A program made the translations under genes and the position numbers. The notes under the pieces are model-generated. The model worked only from the letters and a program-made list of their open reading frames with translations, was not told the DNA's origin and made no database searches. From a virus (lineage: Duplodnaviria; Caudoviricetes): a stretch of 64,000 nt of DNA. Shown here piece after piece: positions 26,534 through 33,221 of the stretch; within the stretch, counting starts at the first letter, position 1, and each line of letters opens with the position of its first letter. The stretch covers positions 10,406 to 74,405 of the IMG/VR virus record IMGVR_UViG_3300044991_002130, one strand, 5' to 3'.

Positions 26534-26608
26534 CCTCTCGTAGCTTAATGGTAGAGCTGGCTCTTTATAGGGGCATGGTTGTGGGTTCGAGTCCTACCGG
26601 GAGGACCA
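26534..26608 (+). tRNA. tRNA-Ile(TAT), copy 2
   Basis: Anticodon arm GCTC-TTTATAG-GGGC identical to 9010; ACCA. Confidence 0.8.
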
Positions 26609-26763
26609 TTTGTTCGTTCAGTTCAATGTACCGTGAAAAGCAATGGCCACAATGAGTCAACCGTGCTGAGTAATTTAGCGAGACGCAGGGTAAGGGAAAC
26701 ACTCAAGATAACTTACTATCAGGTATTACGACAACCCCTAAGTTAAAAGGTGGAATGAACAAA
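26609..26763 (+). ncRNA. Unknown structured RNA
   Basis: TTTGTTCGTTC/GAATGAACAAA closure. Confidence 0.5.
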
Positions 26764-26766
26764 AAC

Positions 26767-27023
26767 TTTGAGAATAAAAAAGGCACTTGGCCCGATGATA
26801 ATTGTGACGCTTGCAACCTCGCTAGAGGGAAATTGGTAGGCAAGCTGCGTCAGTCCGAAAGGATTGGTCGTCTAACTACGAGGTAATGCTCATCTTAGAT
26901 GTAGATGTACAAGCACATCGTATAATAGCAGATTTCAGCACAGCCAAGAGGTAGAATGTCTGGCGGTTGATAGACACCTACTGAAAGATCATCATCCTAG
27001 GTTAGCAACTAGGTATTCTCGAA
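26767..27023 (+). ncRNA. Unknown structured RNA (about 255 nt)
   Basis: TTTGAGAATA/TATTCTCGAA closure; GNRA hairpins. Confidence 0.5.
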
Positions 27024-27027
27024 AACT

Positions 27028-27396
27028 TTCGAAGTAAGCGACCTTGCGCTGGTGACTATAGCTGAGTTAAGATGCCATCCATAATACGGTAATCAACCCG
27101 TTGAGACGAATGGATGTAAAATTCTCAAAAATTAAAATTCTATAATTACTAGAGGAAGTTCGCCCCTGCATAACACGGCGAGGCAGAGCAAACGCAGAGC
27201 AGAACACGTTGTTGGGTCTCGGGTCCAACCGAGATAGTTGACAATTGAGGACGCTCGCTCTTAGCGGCTCGTTATCGACCTCACGCAAGCAGCAACCTCA
27301 AAACGTCAAAGTGTGGGTGTTACACGTTGTAAAGGCAGGTAGAGGGCTTAGACAAATGCAAGGATAAAACAGAAGGGCGGCTACGGCTGCTTCGAA
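27028..27396 (+). ncRNA. rnpB: RNase P RNA
   Basis: P1 TTCGAAGT/GCTTCGAA; CR-I GAGGAAGTTCGCCC pairs with CR-V AACAGAAGGGCGGCTA (P4); CR-IV CTTAGACAAATG. Confidence 0.85.
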
Positions 27397-27411
27397 AAAC
27401 TTTAGTAAAAT

Positions 27412-27497
27412 GCAAGGGTAGGTAAGTGGCTAAAACAGGAAGTTTCATAAGCTTTCGCCGTAAGGCTTCGCGGGTTCGAATCCCGCCTCTTGCACCA
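27412..27497 (+). tRNA. tRNA-CAT (Met or Ile2) with long variable arm
   Basis: Loop TTCATAA, GCC-GTAA-GGC variable arm, ACCA. Confidence 0.75.
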
Positions 27498-27506
27498 ACT
27501 TTAGAT

Positions 27507-27581
27507 GCCGACAAAACATAAATGGTGATGTGCGAACTTGGTAAGTTCGAAAAATGGGTCCGATTCCCATTGTTGGCTCCA
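27507..27581 (+). tRNA. tRNA-Thr(GGT)
   Basis: Loop TTGGTAA, TCCA; A8. Confidence 0.85.
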
Positions 27582-27587
27582 ACTTAT

Positions 27588-27664
27588 GCCGATGAAAGAC
27601 ACTTGATTCTGTATGTCAGGTATTCGTCGTAACGTACCCAGTTCGATTCTGGGCATCGGCTCCA
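27588..27664 (+). tRNA. Non-canonical tRNA-like RNA (Thr-like acceptor, anticodon unresolved)
   Basis: Perfect GCCGATG/CATCGGC acceptor, T arm and TCCA; no standard D/anticodon arms. Confidence 0.55.
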
Positions 27665-27668
27665 ATTT

Positions 27669-27848
27669 ATGAAAATTGAAACAATCGAAGATATAGCAAA
27701 AGTTATAGTAAACCTTCCATCCGATTTAAGAGAGTACTTGATAAGTAATGTTACTCCGTCTACTTTTGTGTCATGTCTTCTTTTATTGGGGGCAGGAGGA
27801 AATATAAAAGATTTCGCCTCCGCACTCAAAGAACATATGGTTATATGA
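27669..27848 (+). CDS. Small hypothetical protein (59 aa; not in ORF track)
   Basis: MKIETIEDIAK...HMVI*, ATGA overlap with next gene. Confidence 0.5.
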   Translation: MKIETIEDIAKVIVNLPSDLREYLISNVTPSTFVSCLLLLGAGGNIKDFASALKEHMVI

Positions 27849-28276
27849 AGAAGATACTAATAATGGGACTACCCGGCGCAGGAAAAACAACACTGGCCAA
27901 AGAATTGGCCAAGATGTTGAATGCAGTTCATTTCAACGCCGATGAAATTCGCCGAGAGGTGAACAAAGACCTGAAATTCGAGTTAGTTGACCGTATAGAA
28001 CACGCTAGGCGCATGGGAGTGCTATGTGACATTGTCGTAAGAAGCGGACATTATGCAATTGCAGATTTTGTTTGTCCAACCAGAGAAACGCGAAAGGCAT
28101 TCGGCGCGGACAAATCATTTATAATATGCATGGATAGAATTGAAGCTGGTAGGTACGAGGATACAAATAAATTGTTTGAATATCCAGCAATGTGCAATGT
28201 TCGAGTTGGAAATACAGGAACAGCCGAAGAATGGGTGAATAAAATTTATCATAAATTAGCAAGTGCAGGTCAGTGA
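27845..28276 (+). CDS. Adenylylsulfate kinase-like P-loop kinase
   Basis: MGLPGAGKTT, NADEIR, DFVCPT, FEYP. Confidence 0.8.
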   Translation: MKKILIMGLPGAGKTTLAKELAKMLNAVHFNADEIRREVNKDLKFELVDRIEHARRMGVLCDIVVRSGHYAIADFVCPTRETRKAFGADKSFIICMDRIEAGRYEDTNKLFEYPAMCNVRVGNTGTAEEWVNKIYHKLASAGQ

Positions 28277-28329
28277 TATATATAGTATTTTTATAAGAAC
28301 CAGTCTGTTCTGTTATATTTATTATAACT

Positions 28330-28989
28330 ATGAGCAAACACACCACCATCAGTATAGAAGATTTGGAAAAAACTATTTTGTTTTTAGAAACTCCTCGCCC
28401 AATATTGAAACGGGTGATAAAATTGTGTGAAGTCAGAGAATATCCAACCGGCGTATTCATCATAACGGAAAATGAATGCAGTCAGTTTATGTTTATACTA
28501 ATTTCAGGAACGGTTGACTTGATCAAGGGAAATAAATCAAAGAAGATAGCAACTCTTGGCGCTGGAAGTATAATAGGAGAAGGAACTTTGATTTCTGGTG
28601 CGCCTAGAAGTGCAACAATAGTAACTGCTTCACATGTAAAAGTTGCAATAATCAATAAAGATTCATTTGATAAAATGTTGACTATGCATCCTTCAATTCC
28701 TATTGCATTGATGAAACTACATTCAAGTAGATGCAAGTCTGTTGTGGCAAATGTTAATATATTCAAGTCTTATGGGTTTATGGTTATTGCAGCGTTGTTT
28801 GGTTTGATGACATTGAAAAATTCACATAGTGTTATAGATATAGAGTCAATCAGTCCTGTGTTGAAGCAGTTGGCTGGATTGATACCAGACCAATATATGT
28901 CAGTTTGTGGACCAGCCGCTTTGCTTGCATTCGTAAAATCTCAGAAGATGGATATTAATAGTATACAAGCAAAATTAGAGAAAATTTGA
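28330..28989 (+). CDS. Cyclic nucleotide-binding domain protein with C-terminal TM segments
   Basis: G.V...L.AG...GE......PRSAT cNMP signature. Confidence 0.85.
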   Translation: MSKHTTISIEDLEKTILFLETPRPILKRVIKLCEVREYPTGVFIITENECSQFMFILISGTVDLIKGNKSKKIATLGAGSIIGEGTLISGAPRSATIVTASHVKVAIINKDSFDKMLTMHPSIPIALMKLHSSRCKSVVANVNIFKSYGFMVIAALFGLMTLKNSHSVIDIESISPVLKQLAGLIPDQYMSVCGPAALLAFVKSQKMDINSIQAKLEKI

Positions 28990-29000
28990 TGAAATTGTAG

Positions 29001-29045
29001 TTGACGAACAACAGAATGTGTGTATAGTCATTGTTGTTCTTTTGA
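29001..29045 (+). promoter_or_regulatory. Sigma70 promoter plus boxA-like element
   Basis: TTGACG-N16-TATAGT then TGTTCTTTTGA. Confidence 0.55.
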
Positions 29046-29048
29046 TAC

Positions 29049-29139
29049 GGCTGTGTGGCGGAATTGGCTATACGCACTTCGCTTAGAACGAAGCACCTAT
29101 AAAAAAGGTATATGGGTTCGACTCCCTTCGCAGCCACCA
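29049..29139 (+). tRNA. tRNA-Leu(TAG), canonical class II
   Basis: Loop CTTAGAA, variable arm, ACCA. Confidence 0.88.
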
Positions 29140-29190
29140 AATAAAAATAGTAATCGCGATGATCAAAGATGAATTTTGCTACAAATATAC

Positions 29191-29236
29191 TTGACAGTAT
29201 CAAATAATAATCTATAGTCATTCTTGTTCTTTTAAA
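29191..29236 (+). promoter_or_regulatory. Sigma70 promoter plus boxA-like element
   Basis: TTGACA-N16-TATAGT then TGTTCTTTTAAA. Confidence 0.55.
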
Positions 29237-29239
29237 TAC

Positions 29240-29467
29240 TTTTTTCTGGTCGTAAATACTTTGGGTCTCGTAAACCCATTTACTGGTTGGTATACAATGA
29301 CAAACACGTAGTAAATGTTGATTGAAATTCCTCTGCTTCCGAAGCGCGGGCCTGATATTATAGTTAGGTTAGAGCACTTGAGACATTTACTTGATTGTAT
29401 ATCGAAGGGGAGCATAGCTGCTGTGCATACCGAGAGATTACCAACTCAACAAGCAGTCAGAAAAAAA
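29240..29467 (+). ncRNA. Unknown structured RNA (about 230 nt)
   Basis: TTTTTTCTGG/TCAGAAAAAA closure; TATACAAT/ATTGTATA and AGTAAATGT/ACATTTACT nested stems. Confidence 0.55.
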
Positions 29468-29469
29468 AT

Positions 29470-29545
29470 AAGTGCTGACATTGGGGATGACTCACCTGCT
29501 GATGAACCAATGGCGCGGAGACGCAGGTCACTACCGCCAGCACTT
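29470..29545 (+). ncRNA. Small pseudoknotted RNA
   Basis: AAGTGCTG/CAGCACTT closure, CATTGG/CCAATG stem, loop ACCTGC pairs with GCAGGT. Confidence 0.5.
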
Positions 29546-29553
29546 CACTTTAC

Positions 29554-29639
29554 GGGCATGTGGATAAAGGAAACTGGTCACAACTATTTGTTTTAAAAAC
29601 AAACACCCTCTGTGAGTTCGAATCTCACCATGCCCACCA
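29554..29639 (+). tRNA. tRNA-Leu(TAA), expanded D region
   Basis: Loop TTTAAAA, ACCA. Confidence 0.75.
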
Positions 29640-29644
29640 ATTTT

Positions 29645-29818
29645 ATGGATACTCAAAACACATCAAACTATGATGGTGCAAAAATCGCAAAGCGTGAAGC
29701 AATGCGTAAAGAACTAAAGCGAATGAAGCTGGAAAAGATGATTGCACTAAATCAAACAATCAGTGAGAAGGCTGATGTTATTGCACAGCGTTGGATTACT
29801 GAGTTGAAACAACAATAA
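29645..29818 (+). CDS. Small hypothetical protein
   Basis: 57 aa helical ORF between tRNAs. Confidence 0.5.
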   Translation: MDTQNTSNYDGAKIAKREAMRKELKRMKLEKMIALNQTISEKADVIAQRWITELKQQ

Positions 29819-29825
29819 TTTTTAT

Positions 29826-29911
29826 GGCAGTGTAGGAGAATTGGTATATCCACCCGACTCAAAATCGGAGGGCGCAAGCCATTGTCGGTTCGAGTCCGAC
29901 CACTGCTACCA
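29826..29911 (+). tRNA. tRNA-Leu(CAA)
   Basis: Loop CTCAAAA, variable arm, ACCA. Confidence 0.88.
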
Positions 29912-29917
29912 ATTTAT

Positions 29918-30002
29918 GCGCATGTGGATGAGGGAAGCTGGCACAACCGTTTGACTTAAAATCAAATATCCTATATGGGTTCGAATCCCTTCGTGCGCAC
30001 CA
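29918..30002 (+). tRNA. tRNA-Leu(TAA), expanded D region
   Basis: Loop CTTAAAA, ACCA; paralog of 29554. Confidence 0.75.
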
Positions 30003-30006
30003 AAAC

Positions 30007-30162
30007 ATGAAACAAAAAACAGAATGTGAGCAATTGATTAGAATTATTCTGACCGGTAATGAGGTCGGGCCAAATATCTACCAATTGATGGAGGCAATGG
30101 GAAAGGAACGAGTTCTGGAAAGGATAAAATATTTCCAACAAGTTATGGCATTGACAAAATAG
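30007..30162 (+). CDS. 51-aa protein resembling the GluRS C-terminal anticodon-binding subdomain (not in ORF track)
   Basis: LIRIILTGNEVGPNIYQLMEAMGKERVLERI vs GluRS pattern LR..LTG...GP.L...M..LGKE.VL.RL. Confidence 0.65.
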   Translation: MKQKTECEQLIRIILTGNEVGPNIYQLMEAMGKERVLERIKYFQQVMALTK

Positions 30163-30186
30163 GTAAAATGCCCTATAGTTATAAGC

Positions 30187-30966
30187 ATGAAAAAATTCTT
30201 ATTACTTGTTCTAATGTCAGTTTCATTGTTAGCCGCAGATAAAAAGAACCCGGCGAGCAAAGCGTATATTACTGACGTAGAAGGACAAGCAACAGTTTTT
30301 GTCGGTGAAGGACGAATTGAAGATTCCAAGAAACGCGAAGTTTACGCCGCCGAAGGAATTGTATTAGAAACAGAAAAGAAGTCGAACCAATCTTTAGTTT
30401 TATCGAATGGTACGGGAATTTACATGGACGAAGTTACTCACCTTGAAGTAAAAAAATTTGTACAAGAACCATTTACGCCGAATCGAAGTGACCTTGACAT
30501 GGAACCATCCATTTCTCAAACGGGCGGGCTTATATCACACGGTTACGTTGCTATCTGCACTCCAAAAATTGTGGCAGGAAGCCGAATGGTGTACACTACT
30601 CCACACGGAGAAATTAAACTTTTCAATAACAAGGTTGCAATCAACGTGGGCGACAATGCAACAGAAGTCATCCCAGTCGAAGGTGAATTTAAAGTAGAAC
30701 TGCGCTCTGGTCACTTTGAAATTATAAAGGTTGGTGATAGGGTCATATTTGACGGACAGATAATTACAACGCGCAAAGCCGACAAAAAAGAAATGGACAA
30801 AGCAACCGAGAACGTGGCAATCGCGTGTAATGCACGGAAAACAGTGTACTTTGATGTTGTGAAAAGATATGAATCTGACGGAGTTATTGAAATATTAGTC
30901 GCGTATCCAGTAACCCAGATAAAGCTGCCGACCGAATTTACAGTAAGTCCCGCCACAATCAAATAA
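30187..30966 (+). CDS. Secreted FecR-like domain protein
   Basis: Signal peptide; L.LSNGT.I.....T.L; ..TPHG. Confidence 0.6.
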   Translation: MKKFLLLVLMSVSLLAADKKNPASKAYITDVEGQATVFVGEGRIEDSKKREVYAAEGIVLETEKKSNQSLVLSNGTGIYMDEVTHLEVKKFVQEPFTPNRSDLDMEPSISQTGGLISHGYVAICTPKIVAGSRMVYTTPHGEIKLFNNKVAINVGDNATEVIPVEGEFKVELRSGHFEIIKVGDRVIFDGQIITTRKADKKEMDKATENVAIACNARKTVYFDVVKRYESDGVIEILVAYPVTQIKLPTEFTVSPATIK

Positions 30967-30970
30967 TTTT

Positions 30971-31132
30971 ATGCTAAAATCATTCTGGAGAATATGGGCT
31001 AAATCGCTCGGAGAAAAAGCGAGTGCAAATAATTGCGAAGCAGACAAAGTTGCTTTGGTTCGCACACTTATTGTGCTTTGTTATGTTATTACGAATATAT
31101 TCATTGTTGCTGGTGTAATTAGACATTGGTAA
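30971..31132 (+). CDS. Small membrane protein of a type seen in T4-like phages (53 aa; not in ORF track)
   Basis: WRIWAKSLGEK...EADKVA..RT...ITN..IVAGVIRHW. Confidence 0.65.
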   Translation: MLKSFWRIWAKSLGEKASANNCEADKVALVRTLIVLCYVITNIFIVAGVIRHW

Positions 31133-31133
31133 T

Positions 31134-31583
31134 ATGAATGAAAAGTATTTGGAGAACGACAACCACTGGACGGCTGCACCTTACCCACTACGACCATGTA
31201 CAGAAGAAGTTGAGATATACAAAAATAATTTGTTGTCTGGAAAAACTTTGTTGCTTGGATGCACGGCACCGTTACTTGACATTTGCGACGAGGCAATAGA
31301 TTTAGTTGTAAGAGTTCAGAATCCAAAAATACGACAGGGTGATTGGTATAATATATCTGGATTTTATGACAACATTATTACCGATGGAGCAATCAATCTT
31401 ACTGGCCCATCGCTAATAGATGCCGTAAAACCACATTGCAAACAGCTTATAAGCAGAGTATTTTCTAGGAAATTTTCGTATATGAAATATGCAAAATTAT
31501 TTTATACCGAGTTTCCCAATGCAACAAAAATAGCAGAAATAAACGAATCATGTCCGATTTTCATCTGGAAGTTTACAAGTTAG
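31134..31583 (+). CDS. Hypothetical, methyltransferase-like
   Basis: LLLGCT...D...GDW...YD.II.DG. Confidence 0.55.
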   Translation: MNEKYLENDNHWTAAPYPLRPCTEEVEIYKNNLLSGKTLLLGCTAPLLDICDEAIDLVVRVQNPKIRQGDWYNISGFYDNIITDGAINLTGPSLIDAVKPHCKQLISRVFSRKFSYMKYAKLFYTEFPNATKIAEINESCPIFIWKFTS

Positions 31584-32569
31584 TAAAAGCATTGGAAGAA
31601 AACCAATACAAAGAGCGTGATATATCAAAGTTGATACCAGCGTGCAATATTCTCACTAGAGAAAATTTACAGAAGATTCCAATAGATAAGTCACAGCCAT
31701 TTTGTTCTACTAGCGGCGCAACTGGCCAACCCGTGTTTGTTCAAAAATTTACGGCCCAACATGTTTGGTATTGGGCGACAAACATGCGAGAATTGATTTG
31801 GAGAAAATGGGACACATCATTGACATTGGCAGTCATCAATGCACCGGTTTCAGAAGAAAAAATAACACCTTGGCCAACGAATCCATATTTGTTTCCGAAT
31901 AAGGTTGGAAAATGCCATATGCATCCAACAAGAGGAGATTTGCAAGGATGGCTGAACAGAGTGCAGCCAGATTATTTGCATACATATCCATCAATCGCCG
32001 CCACACTTGATACATCTAAACTAAAAGATGTAAAAACAACAAGTGAAAGAGGTGGTAGTAATTATAGTTCGGAAGAAGTGGGTACGATTGGCCTAGAATG
32101 TCCAGATAATCCAGATGTATATCATATTATGGAGAACATTGTTTTAGAAATCGTAGATGACAATGATATTGTGTTGACCGATCTTACGCACCCATATATC
32201 AAGAGATACAGGATAGGAGACAAAGGAGAGTTTTCTACATGCAGTTGTGGAAGAAAACTGCAAACTATCAACCGAAATGTGCTTGGTAGAGTTCGCAATA
32301 TGGTGAAATATCCAGATGGAACAACCGCATGGCCATTGTTTGCTAGCAATACAATAAGAAATGCATGTGATACAATAAAAAGATTTCAATGCATACAAGA
32401 ATCATACTCGGATATCACAGTAAAGATTCAAGGAACTGTACCAGCTGATAAAATTGAAGATGTAAAAAATTTGATATTGAAGAGACTCAATTATCCGTTC
32501 AATCTAAAGATACAGATTGTTGATAGTTTCCCAGAAGGAAAATTTGAAGAGTTTGTCTGTAAGATATAA
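31550..32569 (+). CDS. Phenylacetate-CoA ligase (PaaK)-like adenylate-forming enzyme, compact
   Basis: STSGATGQP, YSSEEVG, RYRIGD, CSCGR, LGR. Confidence 0.8.
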   Translation: MSDFHLEVYKLVKALEENQYKERDISKLIPACNILTRENLQKIPIDKSQPFCSTSGATGQPVFVQKFTAQHVWYWATNMRELIWRKWDTSLTLAVINAPVSEEKITPWPTNPYLFPNKVGKCHMHPTRGDLQGWLNRVQPDYLHTYPSIAATLDTSKLKDVKTTSERGGSNYSSEEVGTIGLECPDNPDVYHIMENIVLEIVDDNDIVLTDLTHPYIKRYRIGDKGEFSTCSCGRKLQTINRNVLGRVRNMVKYPDGTTAWPLFASNTIRNACDTIKRFQCIQESYSDITVKIQGTVPADKIEDVKNLILKRLNYPFNLKIQIVDSFPEGKFEEFVCKI

Positions 32570-32575
32570 TTTTAT

Positions 32576-32655
32576 GCTACCGTATGCCGTCTGCCTTCTA
32601 AGCAGAAGAAAGCTAATTGGAACACATGTAGGTTCGAGTCCTATCGGTAGCACCA
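32576..32655 (+). tRNA. tRNA-Arg(TCT) lacking the D arm, with D-loop-like sequence in the variable region
   Basis: GCTACCG/CGGTAGC acceptor, 7-nt linker, TCTGC-CTTCTAA-GCAGA, AGCTAATTGGA in variable region, T arm, ACCA. Confidence 0.7.
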
Positions 32656-32659
32656 TTTT

Positions 32660-32751
32660 GGAAGATTAACCAGTCAGGGTCACTGGAACCGCCTCGAAAA
32701 CGGATTGCTCGGCGAAAGCCGAGTGAGTTTCGATTACTCAGTTTTCCGCCA
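32660..32751 (+). tRNA. tRNA-Ser(CGA)
   Basis: Loop CTCGAAA, long variable arm, GCCA. Confidence 0.8.
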
Positions 32752-33064
32752 CGTTGGTCCATGAGTACATGGAGTATGAAATGCATATATATGGAATGGG
32801 TAAAAATGAGAGATGCAATAAACCGTTCCCCAATGAACAATTTCTCCAACTTTATTATAAATCTAGCGTTTTGTTGGCGTTGACATCTTTTATATAAATA
32901 TTAAAGCAATTATATTACATTGATTATAATAAGTAGATAAATTCATCTTATTGTAACAAAATACTTGACTTCTTATAAAGATTGAGTCATAGTTATGAGT
33001 TCAGTTAGAGAACAGCCTCCTATCCTACGGGATGAGGGCTTTAGATATACGAAAGGAACATATT

Positions 33065-33142
33065 ATGGTTATCGCTATAGCATGTTGGACAGCCTTGGGA
33101 TTATTAATCATTACAGAAAGTGATTATCGTCCAAAGAACTGA
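33065..33142 (+). CDS. 25-aa hydrophobic peptide in its own transcription unit
   Basis: MVIAIACWTALGLLIITESDYRPKN*; promoter at 32965, SD-like AAGGA, terminator. Confidence 0.45.
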   Translation: MVIAIACWTALGLLIITESDYRPKN

Positions 33143-33158
33143 TAAAAAAGAAAACTAT

Positions 33159-33191
33159 AAGCGGGGTGGAGAAATCCACCCCGCTTTTTTT
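33159..33191. terminator. Intrinsic terminator (possibly bidirectional)
   Basis: AAGCGGGGTGGA-GAAA-TCCACCCCGCTT then T-run. Confidence 0.9.
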
Positions 33192-33221
33192 ATGCCCAAA
33201 GACATTTGCGGAAAAATAATG

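Noticed and set aside
27067-27514. Minus-strand ORFs 27067-27288 and 27320-27514
   Set aside because: Antisense to RNase P RNA and a tRNA.
29495-29535. Hammerhead ribozyme or fluoride riboswitch suggested by CTGATGA and GGGGATGA
   Set aside because: No GAAA core with correct stem order, and the fluoride pseudoknot pairing is absent.
29315-29596. 93-aa ORF with TTG start
   Set aside because: Runs through two structured RNAs into tRNA-Leu; no protein-like features.
8286-32751. Theta (HDV-like) ribozymes at tRNA 3' ends
   Set aside because: CCA ends are followed by AT-rich linkers; I could not build the nested double pseudoknot by eye.
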